64,000 bases of DNA. Source: Bdellovibrionota bacterium. Its GTDB lineage: Bacteria > Bdellovibrionota > Bdellovibrionia > Bdellovibrionales > UBA840. Shown in pieces: positions 19,741 to 27,468 of the stretch (its first letter is position 1; every line of letters starts with the position of its first letter). A program made the translations under genes and the position numbers. Under the pieces are notes generated by a model. That model had not been told where the DNA came from and made no database searches. It worked only from the letters and a program-made list of their open reading frames with translations. Location of the stretch: contig JAYZXX010000071.1 of NCBI GenBank assembly GCA_036140815.1, forward strand, positions 9,561 through 73,560, given 5' to 3'.

Positions 19741-19771
19741 TTGCATTTGGGTGGCAGCCACCCAAATGCAA
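19741..19771. repeat. Perfect 31-nt palindrome, second copy
   Basis: Identical to the copy at 19566-19596 and located 175 bp downstream of it. Confidence 0.95.
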
Positions 19772-19902
19772 ATGACCCCTTGAGAACGCAGCGACTCAAA
19801 CAGCCAACGGTCGCCGAAGCCTAGGCGTAGGCGCTCCAATTCCCCCGCGCCAGCATCAAAAAAACAAGCTTACGAGATTTAGAATTGAAGAATTTAGAAA
19901 GA

Positions 19903-20036
19903 GGCCTTCTGAGAAATGCATTTTTTCAGAGTTTTGAATCCCATGGATGGGATTCAACAAGCTCCAAGGATGGCAGGAAGCAGCGAAGGCTGCGACCGGA
20001 GTAGCGCCTCTGAAAAAATACATTTCTCAGAAGGCC
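19903..20036. repeat. 29-bp inverted repeat (1 mismatch) enclosing a 76-bp GC-rich structured core; possible ncRNA or miniature element
   Basis: Left arm ggccttctgagaaatgcattttttcagag (19903-19931), right arm ctctgaaaaaatacatttctcagaaggcc (20008-20036). The core holds hairpin gaatccca-tgga-tgggattc (19936-19955) and gcagc-GAAG-gctgc (19980-19993). Confidence 0.8.
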
Positions 20037-20340
20037 GGTTCATTCAAAAATCAAAACCGAGGAAGCAAAAATAAACCCCAAAAAAACAACCCCCTCTCCT
20101 AACTCCCTAAAATCACTAGCCTGCCAAACAAGCGCAAAATGGTCACCCCCAACTGTCAAAGCATTTTACACAACTAAACCACCGTAATTACTAACAAAAA
20201 CTAAAGACCACCAATCCCCATCGAAAGCCTAAACACCAAACTGTAGACAGAGCAAACAGCCAGAATTAGATTTTTCTCAAAAAAACCAATCACTTAGGCC
20301 ATATTGTGCCAATTGGAGAGCTTCTTGTACTAATAAGGGG

Positions 20341-20382
20341 TGAGCACACATAGGATCGTGTCCCTGCTCAGGAGATTTTTTT
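20341..20382 (+). terminator. Terminator/attenuator-like hairpin plus T-tract immediately upstream of the RBS of the 20396 gene
   Basis: tgagca-cac...gtg-tccc-tgctca forms an imperfect stem (20341-20370), followed 5 nt later by 7 T (20376-20382), then AAGGAG and the ATG. Confidence 0.3.
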
Positions 20383-20395
20383 AAGGAGAAGTAAT

Positions 20396-22159
20396 ATGAA
20401 AACATTAAGACAAAAAACATTAAGCCTGGCTTTGTTTGGTCTGTTAGCGATGAACAGTGGCTACAGCCTTTTAAGTCAAAACGAAAACACTTATGAAGGG
20501 CAAGTTAGCTTTGCCTCAGTTTCTACGGAAACAATTGATAGCCAACTTTCCGACATCCTAGATAGTTCCAGCTACAAATACAAGGCACTGAATATTTCAA
20601 AAAGCAATAGCGGGGTAAGAACTAGATACACTATCGAAGGCTACAAAAATTTAGTTTCAAAGGACAAAAAACTTTTAAGCAAAATGCTACTAGACAGCAA
20701 TGTTGAATTAAAAATTGATGATGAAACTGGTGATGCAGTTTTAATCTACACCCATAGAGAAATAAAAACGAATGCTAAAGTAAAAGTAGATAACAAAAGC
20801 GCTGCCATTACATCAATGAGAATTGGTAACATCGAAAATGGCAATAAATTCAATAAAGGTAAAGCAATCGTAGAAGTAAGTGTTGATACGGAAGGAATTG
20901 CCATTGGCTCTTGTGAGTCTTGCGCAGATGAAATTAAAACGCTTCAATTTCCTGTGAGTTTAGAAGACTTAGATAGCATTGAAGCTTTGATGGCTGCATC
21001 TCAAATCGCTATGGACCAAAGACTAGAAGAAACTAAAAAAGGTAACGAAAAGCGACTTCTTGCAAAAAGAGAAAAAGCGAAGAAAGACCTAGAAAGAATG
21101 TGTCTTAAAAAAGACAACCCTAGTAGCCTTTCTAAAAGTGACCTAAGATGTATTTCTCGTAGATTAGAAGATCGTGACCCAGACCTAAACCCTAAATTGA
21201 GCGATGAAGAGAAAGACAAGTTAAAAGAAATTTTAGCAACTTACATAAAAGGTGAATACAAGGATCATCCTAAAACTAAAAAGTTCAAAAAGTACTTAAA
21301 AGGTAACCCTGAGTTCATCGCAGTACACAAGGAAGCTCGTAGAGATGCTTTACAAGAAGTGGCTGAAGAAGAAAAGTATGAGCGTCAAAGAGCCCGTACT
21401 GAACAAAACGAAGAAGCACTTAAAAATGATCTTGATTGGTTAGAAGACAGCATCTATGAGTGGGAAAACTTAAATGCACAGTTCGAAAACCTTTACAACT
21501 ATGCAAACCGCGACCTTGCAAATAGACAGTGGCAGTGTGACTCTTACTCTGGATACTACCCTAATCAACAAAACAACTACTTTGGTAACCAGTACTCTGC
21601 AGGAGTTAGCTTTAACAACCGTGACGGATTCAACACTTGGGCTGGTAACACAAACTCTAGAGCTATGACTACAATGCCAGGCGTGAACATGATGGGTGGT
21701 AACAACCAGTTCATGCAAACGCAACAGCAAACGGCACAAATTTTAAGACAAAACTGTATGCAAAACGTACAAACAGCACAAAACTACTGGAACTGGGAAC
21801 TTGGCAACTTAGAAAATGGTTCAATCAGTCCACTAGAGCAAAGCATCTCGACACAACTTAGAAACTTAAACTTAGACAGAATCTTCCCAACTACTTACAG
21901 CCTAGACGACCAAGACAACGGTGGATTACTAGATACTGACAAAGAATACTACTCATCAATCATCCAAGGATTTAACTCTGACTTGAAAGCGATGGGATTT
22001 AATACGAACGTAAACAGTGGCTACTCACTTAACAACAACGGATCAAGCCTTGGCGTAAGAAACAACCTTAGAACAAACAACAACAACCGCTTGGGTAACA
22101 CATCTAGAGGAATTGGTAACACTGGAATACAGAACAGAAATAGAGGTGGTAGAATCTAA
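20396..22159 (+). CDS. Secreted hypothetical protein with a charged coiled-coil middle and an N/Q/G-rich C-terminal third
   Basis: AAGGAG RBS 8 nt upstream and a signal peptide (LSLALFGLLAMNSGYS). The C-terminal ~200 aa are dominated by N, Q, G and aromatic residues. Confidence 0.6.
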   Translation: MKTLRQKTLSLALFGLLAMNSGYSLLSQNENTYEGQVSFASVSTETIDSQLSDILDSSSYKYKALNISKSNSGVRTRYTIEGYKNLVSKDKKLLSKMLLDSNVELKIDDETGDAVLIYTHREIKTNAKVKVDNKSAAITSMRIGNIENGNKFNKGKAIVEVSVDTEGIAIGSCESCADEIKTLQFPVSLEDLDSIEALMAASQIAMDQRLEETKKGNEKRLLAKREKAKKDLERMCLKKDNPSSLSKSDLRCISRRLEDRDPDLNPKLSDEEKDKLKEILATYIKGEYKDHPKTKKFKKYLKGNPEFIAVHKEARRDALQEVAEEEKYERQRARTEQNEEALKNDLDWLEDSIYEWENLNAQFENLYNYANRDLANRQWQCDSYSGYYPNQQNNYFGNQYSAGVSFNNRDGFNTWAGNTNSRAMTTMPGVNMMGGNNQFMQTQQQTAQILRQNCMQNVQTAQNYWNWELGNLENGSISPLEQSISTQLRNLNLDRIFPTTYSLDDQDNGGLLDTDKEYYSSIIQGFNSDLKAMGFNTNVNSGYSLNNNGSSLGVRNNLRTNNNNRLGNTSRGIGNTGIQNRNRGGRI

Positions 22160-22495
22160 CTTGAATTGCAACATTGATTACACAAACTTCTCCAACATTA
22201 TGAGCGAAGCCAAGGTAGGCTTCGCTACTCCTCATTTAAAAGCTAAAAGGCTTTGAGTAGTTTTAAAGCCCAAGCAAGCGAATAAGTAAGTATACCTATT
22301 TGTACCTATGGTTTCTCAAGTGTCCGACTCCGAACCTAATTATATATAGTACTTAAATATTATAGATAACTTTAAAAGTATTCATCCGCAATTTAGTGGA
22401 CCAGTTGATAAATTTCAAAAACCTTGAAGCATATCTTCTATTTAAAAATGATAAATTTAGGGCTGAGCTTTTAAAAATTAAAAAGCATGTCTACT

Positions 22496-23512
22496 CTAAT
22501 CCTTCGGCCTAATAGGACCTTCTGTTTCTTCACTTGCTTGGATTGCTGACTTTAGGCCATCGCGACCTCTTTTAATTACATCTCGAGTTCCATCTACCCC
22601 AGACTTAATAACTCCACCAGTAGTACCAATGCCTTTTTTAAAAACTTTGCCCGCACCAACCCCAACGCCTTCGAGCTTTCCAGCAAAGAAGTCCAACCAG
22701 CGACTTACTTTTAGCTCCATTGATACAAACAACTGGGTAAAACTCCCAATTTCTCTCCCCCAGCCGACACGACCTTCAACTCTCAAATCAGCTCTAGGGT
22801 GTAGGTAGGTGGTAATACCATACCCCATACCATATACAAAAAACTGCTTTGAGCTATCATTCGCAATTCGATTCATCACTCCTGCAAAGATTCTGGCAAT
22901 GGGAGAATTGGTGTCAGGGAAATTTACAAACTGCCACCTTAAACTTAAAACACCATACCAATTGGTTTCCCCATCTCGCCCAGAGCTACCAAGCAAAAAA
23001 TCCATATACTGCTGACAAGATTGAGAGGTGGTCAAAACACAGGTACCAATGTTATAGCCTAAATTTCCGCCAAGCCAATAAAGGTCTTTATCTATATTCA
23101 TTTGGCCCAACTCAAGACCATAGTCCCATTTATGTGGAAGATAGGGATGAGCATTTACGTATGGTTCATAACGCAATTTCTGTCTTAAATAACGAGATTC
23201 GATACGGTTCAATCGTTCAAGACTTAAGGTTCCATCTCTTAAACCTCTCTGAATATAAGCCTCTAGTTTTTTACGATTAATCTTTCTTCGACGCCGTTTT
23301 TTCCTTTTCTTAGGCGGCTCTCCAGTGAATTCCTTTTGAGATATTTCGTTATCAGCTAAAGGCTTTTTTTCTTCATTTCCTTCATCAAAGCTCTCAACAA
23401 CTAGTTCTGACTTATCACTATCGGCATACTCCACTTCATTTGCGTAGCCATTACTTAGGAAAGTGCAAAAAATAATCCCTGAAAATAGACGTATTAAAAA
23501 AGTGTTTCTCAT
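22496..23512 (-). CDS. Secreted hypothetical protein (acidic N-region, polybasic KKRKKRRRRK tract, beta-rich C-domain)
   Basis: Signal peptide (FCTFLSNGYA), with alternating beta-strand-like pattern after residue ~120. Confidence 0.5.
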   Translation of the reverse strand: MRNTFLIRLFSGIIFCTFLSNGYANEVEYADSDKSELVVESFDEGNEEKKPLADNEISQKEFTGEPPKKRKKRRRRKINRKKLEAYIQRGLRDGTLSLERLNRIESRYLRQKLRYEPYVNAHPYLPHKWDYGLELGQMNIDKDLYWLGGNLGYNIGTCVLTTSQSCQQYMDFLLGSSGRDGETNWYGVLSLRWQFVNFPDTNSPIARIFAGVMNRIANDSSKQFFVYGMGYGITTYLHPRADLRVEGRVGWGREIGSFTQLFVSMELKVSRWLDFFAGKLEGVGVGAGKVFKKGIGTTGGVIKSGVDGTRDVIKRGRDGLKSAIQASEETEGPIRPKD

Positions 23513-23886
23513 TTATTTATATTTTTTCAAATCAAGTCCCTTTTGGCAAAATTCACTATAAAGATCCAACATCTTAGTCCATAACGGCTGGGCTTTTTTT
23601 ACCTACTCAGAGAAAACTAATCTAAAAAACTTCCAGATTTACTAGGCTTAGTATTTGAGTCACAAAAGAAACTTATTGCCAGCTCCTTAGAGCAAAACTG
23701 TTTAAGTAGTAACTATAGCTTTAAAGTTTAATTCTAGTCTCACTATCCTTTATATTTTTTGAGTTCAACAATCCATTTTGCTGCGATTTCTAATGAATAA
23801 ATTCGGTGACTTCGAGGATTATTCTCCCTGGTATAAAAATTGAACTCTATTTTCGATTGAAGATATGAATACCTCGTAAAGGACCT

Positions 23887-24672
23887 ATGTTAGCTTTGAA
23901 GATATTACTTTTGACTTTTTTTGTCACCTTGTGCGTTTTTAGCCCATTGGGACCTAAAGCAATGGCAAATCAGCTTCCTTCAAAATGTAGCTCCAGCCCT
24001 AAGATTAACTTTGGATTAGACCCCGAGCTATATAACAAAGAAAGCTTCCAGGAAATAAAAAGAATTTCAGAGGAGCTTTTGAAAAAGTGCGAAGGGCCTA
24101 ATTGTAGCATTGTTGGAATCGGAAGATCTCCGGCAATTTTATTGCGTTACATCGAAAGTGTATCCAAGCAAAGTAGCATTGAACTTCCCTTCTCTACAAA
24201 AAAGCTATTCGATGAAGAAGTCAGCGAGCTTAGTCTAGATTCTCCATTGCCATTAAATTTAGTGAGACACTTTGATAAATACATCCCGCAAAATCAAGAC
24301 AAAGTCTTAATCGTGGATTTCAGTTTCATGGGAACAAGTTTGATCACAGCAGCAGAGTTTTTAAATTCATATTTCAAGAGTAAAGGCATTCCTACGATAG
24401 TGGAAGTGGTAGCTATTCTGCAGATGAAGTATGACTTTGAATCTTTTCAATCCTATGCAAATAGTAGGGGGATAAAGGTCACTAAAAAAAACTCTCTCTA
24501 TGCACTTGATCCGAACTCTGATTTTTCGAAATTAGCTTGGGAGATGGCTGCATTTAAGCAGTCTGCCAGCCAGTTTAAAAGTTTTGATATTCTAGGTGAT
24601 CAAAATGTGGAAAGTTCGGAAAGGAATCAAATCGAAAGTATCAATGAATGGATTCTTTCTCTACAAAACTAA
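23887..24672 (+). CDS. Secreted hypothetical protein
   Basis: 261-aa ORF with an N-terminal signal peptide (LLLTFFVTLCVFSPLGPKAMA). No family recognised. Confidence 0.5.
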   Translation: MLALKILLLTFFVTLCVFSPLGPKAMANQLPSKCSSSPKINFGLDPELYNKESFQEIKRISEELLKKCEGPNCSIVGIGRSPAILLRYIESVSKQSSIELPFSTKKLFDEEVSELSLDSPLPLNLVRHFDKYIPQNQDKVLIVDFSFMGTSLITAAEFLNSYFKSKGIPTIVEVVAILQMKYDFESFQSYANSRGIKVTKKNSLYALDPNSDFSKLAWEMAAFKQSASQFKSFDILGDQNVESSERNQIESINEWILSLQN

Positions 24673-24696
24673 CAAGAACAAAACTTTAGTCTTCTC

Positions 24697-24730
24697 AAAA
24701 AAAAATGCCCCGAGAATTTCTCCCCGGGGC
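24697..24730 (-). terminator. Rho-independent terminator after the porin-like gene
   Basis: GC stem gccccg/cggggc (24707-24712, 24725-24730). It is preceded on + by 9 A (24697-24705), which gives a U-tract on the minus transcript. Confidence 0.6.
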
Positions 24731-24806
24731 CCCGCTCTACCACCAATCTGAGTCGCGATTTTAGTGCATCATAGATGTCGTACTAGGCTGTAAATCATAG
24801 TTGCTA

Positions 24807-26186
24807 TCAAAAGTTGATGGCGGCCTTACCTGATATTATAAATGCATTATTGGTAGAATTGGAAGCATTTCCTTCATATGCGCCACCTGGCAATAAAAAT
24901 CCAGTTTCTAAACGCACATGAGTAGAATCATTTGGAAAGTAACTCATTCCCAAATCGATTTCTGTTCCTAAATAATCGTCTGTCGTTGCAGTTCCTACTT
25001 CATTTAGCTTAGCATAGATTAAAGAAGCATCATAATGAAAGCGATCAGAACTTTTGTAAGTAAGCTTTGGGGCGATGAATAGAGTATTACCGATATAATC
25101 TGTATCTACACTACTACTCGAAGCACCTCCAATGGCACTGTTATTTAGGTCTAGAGATGAATTCCCCATCTTGTGGTTAAACAATAGGTAGGCTACATCA
25201 AGGTTACGATCGAATAAAAAACCTTCATAATTATTAGAATTGGGATCATCGCCCGTTGCATAACCTATACGTCCATCAAAATGAAAGTCCGTAGCAAAAT
25301 CAAAAGTAAAATTAGCTAGAAAACCAGAGGCCTCAAAACTTACTGGAGCTCCCGACTTTACAACCCCTGTGTCTCCAGAAAGAAAACCTGCTTCCAGTTC
25401 TAAATCAAAACCTGTGTATGCTTGTTTCAGATAAACGTTAATTTGTTCAGGACTGTAGCCACTTGTAGGAGTTCCACCAAAAACGGTTCCAGTGTCATCA
25501 ATTTTATCTCCACTAGTGGTTTTCTCATAGTATAAGCCTAAATTTAAACCTGAATCTGGATTTAAATACTCGTAATGGAAAGTTAGAATATTCACATCCG
25601 CTTTATCTACAATTGAGCCTTCAGACTTCTTACCATAGTAGGGAGTAATCATGTGGTTACCCATTAAGATCTTCCAACCAATCACATCTTGAGTATCCAT
25701 CCAGTGATCAAAATCGTTGATACCAGCGTTATGAGTTAAGCCCATCCCAAAATGCTTTGGCGTTCTACCAAAAATGAAAGCTCCATTTTCTTGTAACCAA
25801 GTTAGATAAAGTTGAGTTGCCGCAACAGTTTCCACTCCCATACTTTCTGCAATCACAGAACTGTCATCAAAGCTAACACTAGAAGTGGCTTCCGAATTTG
25901 AAGGGTTTCCTAAAAAGGCACCCACTTGGTTAGTTTGTACCCCATTGTTTGCATTGTTGAAAACGTCAAATCTTGCGCGAACAATGATGTCGTCTTTAAC
26001 GATGATTTTGGGAGTAAGAGCTAGATGATGTAAAAGAAAGTTTTTTTCTTCGCCATCAAGGTCGTAATTTCGAATATCAGTTGCTTCTAGGCGATAGTAA
26101 CCATTCCAAGAAACACTAGTAGCAGACGCGTTTGCAGCCATTAACAAACAACTCAAAACATATAGGCTAAGTAATTTTAATCGCAT
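24807..26186 (-). CDS. Outer-membrane beta-barrel (porin-like) protein
   Basis: Signal peptide ending ANASA, many alternating Y/G/D-rich strands, and C-terminal ...AAINF. Confidence 0.55.
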   Translation of the reverse strand: MRLKLLSLYVLSCLLMAANASATSVSWNGYYRLEATDIRNYDLDGEEKNFLLHHLALTPKIIVKDDIIVRARFDVFNNANNGVQTNQVGAFLGNPSNSEATSSVSFDDSSVIAESMGVETVAATQLYLTWLQENGAFIFGRTPKHFGMGLTHNAGINDFDHWMDTQDVIGWKILMGNHMITPYYGKKSEGSIVDKADVNILTFHYEYLNPDSGLNLGLYYEKTTSGDKIDDTGTVFGGTPTSGYSPEQINVYLKQAYTGFDLELEAGFLSGDTGVVKSGAPVSFEASGFLANFTFDFATDFHFDGRIGYATGDDPNSNNYEGFLFDRNLDVAYLLFNHKMGNSSLDLNNSAIGGASSSSVDTDYIGNTLFIAPKLTYKSSDRFHYDASLIYAKLNEVGTATTDDYLGTEIDLGMSYFPNDSTHVRLETGFLLPGGAYEGNASNSTNNAFIISGKAAINF

Positions 26187-26277
26187 AGGAATTCCTTATC
26201 TGTATAAAGACATAGAACCCCTTATCACGACCTTGGTCAAGGTCTAAGAGGCTCATAATTTAGCGCGGTAATGCTAA

Positions 26278-27189
26278 CTAACTAATCACTCCAATGATGT
26301 CAGTCTCACTAACTACAACCAAGTCGCGACCTTCGGCTTGAATTACATTTCCTGCATATTCGTTAAACAAAACTTTATCGCCAACCTTTACATCTAAAGG
26401 CAAAACTTTGCCTTTTTTCTTCAAAGCGCCTTTTCCTATAGCAAGAACTTCTGCTTTGTCTCTTTTTTGAGGAGCACTATCGATTAAAATCAAACCAGAA
26501 TCTGTCGTTTCTTTTAATGGCTCTAGTTCTAACAATACCTTATCATACAATGGAGCTAAATATTTGCTCCAATCAACACTTGGCTTGGATGCATTTACTG
26601 GAGCCTTAGCTGCTTTTTTCACAGCAGCTGTCGTTTTTGCGGTAGGCTTCTTGGCCTTCTGAGTTTTCGGTGCTGGTTTCGAAACTTTTGCTTTTTTAGT
26701 CGGAACTTTCTTTGAAACTGCTTTTTTGGTAGCTTTTTTCGCAACTTTTTTCTTTGTTGCTTTCTTTGTCGCCGTTTTCTTAGTCACCTTTTTCTTCGCA
26801 ACCTTCTTTTTTGCAGCTTTCTTGGTCACTTTTTTCTTTGAGACTTTAGGAGCCACCTTTTTTTTAGTAGCTTTTTTCTTAATCGGCTTTTTTGCGGCCT
26901 TCTTTTTAGTTACTTTTTTTGCAGCATTCTTTTTTACTGCTTTCTTCGCCACTTTCTTTTTAGTAGCTTTTTTTGCAACTTTTTTCTTTGTAGCCTTCTT
27001 AACCACTTTCTTTTTAGTCACCTTTTTTGCAGTTTTCTTTTTAACCGCCTTCTTCGCTACCTTCTTTTTGGCAGCTTTTTTTGCAACTTTTTTCTTTGTA
27101 ACTTTCTTAGCCACTTTCTTTGCAGCTTTTTTCTTAGTCGCCTTCTTTGCTGTAGGCTTTTTAGCTAATTTCTTCTTTTTCTTTGCCAT
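26278..27189 (-). CDS. Fusion protein: ~210-aa Lys/Ala-rich histone-H1-like repeat region plus a C-terminal GroES (Cpn10)-fold domain
   Basis: Start moved to the internal ATG at 27189 (AGGAG 5 nt upstream; the ORF-track start at 27246 lacks an RBS). The last 93 aa align by eye with E. coli GroES (PLYDKVLL.., ETTDSGLILIDS.., EVLAIGKG, PLDVKVGDKVLFNEY, ETDIIGVI). Confidence 0.75.
   Translation of the reverse strand: MAKKKKKLAKKPTAKKATKKKAAKKVAKKVTKKKVAKKAAKKKVAKKAVKKKTAKKVTKKKVVKKATKKKVAKKATKKKVAKKAVKKNAAKKVTKKKAAKKPIKKKATKKKVAPKVSKKKVTKKAAKKKVAKKKVTKKTATKKATKKKVAKKATKKAVSKKVPTKKAKVSKPAPKTQKAKKPTAKTTAAVKKAAKAPVNASKPSVDWSKYLAPLYDKVLLELEPLKETTDSGLILIDSAPQKRDKAEVLAIGKGALKKKGKVLPLDVKVGDKVLFNEYAGNVIQAEGRDLVVVSETDIIGVIS
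26620..27186. repeat. Degenerate short tandem repeats encoding the KKxxAKK tail
   Basis: Reiterated gcaacttttttctttgt / agccttcttt-type units on the + strand. They also create a spurious 189-aa antisense ORF. Confidence 0.8.
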
Positions 27190-27468
27190 GACAAACTCCT
27201 GTTTACAAAACCGACTATATGAAACTAAAACACAGCTCAGTGTCAAGCTGCTTCGGGCCTATCCCTTTCGGTTTACACACTATAGCAGAGGATAGATACT
27301 TTAAAAAATAAGTGAATAACATTGAAAGCCTATTCGAAAATCAAAAATTCTCAAGCCCGTTTGTATTCTCCCCTAAAGTAAAGCGGGTAAAGAACCAAAA
27401 CAGAAAATTTGAATTCATTCTCATGCAAATGCATGACTCCATCATTTCTTAGCATTAGGATAGCAAGC

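Larger units (their letters stand above)
19422..19771. repeat. Two tandem ~175-bp noncoding units, each ending in a 31-nt perfect palindrome
   Basis: Unit 1 (19422-19596) and unit 2 (19597-19771) align end to end and look roughly 85-90 percent identical by eye. Each has a GC-rich head (agccYtcctacgcca...), an AT-rich body and a palindromic tail. Confidence 0.85.

Noticed and set aside
19422-19771. Possible CRISPR array
   Set aside because: There are only two units, the period is 175 bp, the supposed spacers are themselves homologous, and no cas genes are present. This is a tandem duplication, not a CRISPR array.
19961-20005. SRP (4.5S) RNA-like string ggcaggaagcagc-GAAG-gctgcgaccgg inside a long hairpin element
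   Set aside because: The GGAAGCAGC-like string lies 5' of the tetraloop rather than 3' of a GGAA loop as in SRP helix 8, and the rest of the conserved domain IV is absent. This needs an Infernal scan to exclude fully.
19916-20074. 52-codon ORF (MHFFRVLNPMDGIQQ...) spanning the inverted-repeat element
   Set aside because: It has no convincing RBS and it runs straight through both repeat arms. Structure explains the sequence better than coding does.
20306-20330. Sigma-54-like TGGAGAGCTTCTTGT upstream of the 20396 gene
   Set aside because: The -12 element is TTGT, not TTGC, and the -24 element is weak.
23887-24672. Phosphoribosyltransferase-like stretch VLIVDFSFMGTSL in a secreted protein
   Set aside because: The second acidic residue and the T/S-G-x-T part of the PRPP motif are missing, and a signal peptide is inconsistent with a PRTase.
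26726-27295. 189-aa plus-strand ORF (FFATFFFVAFF...)
   Set aside because: It is the antisense shadow of the K/A-repeat coding region. Its translation is F/A/T low complexity and it has no RBS.
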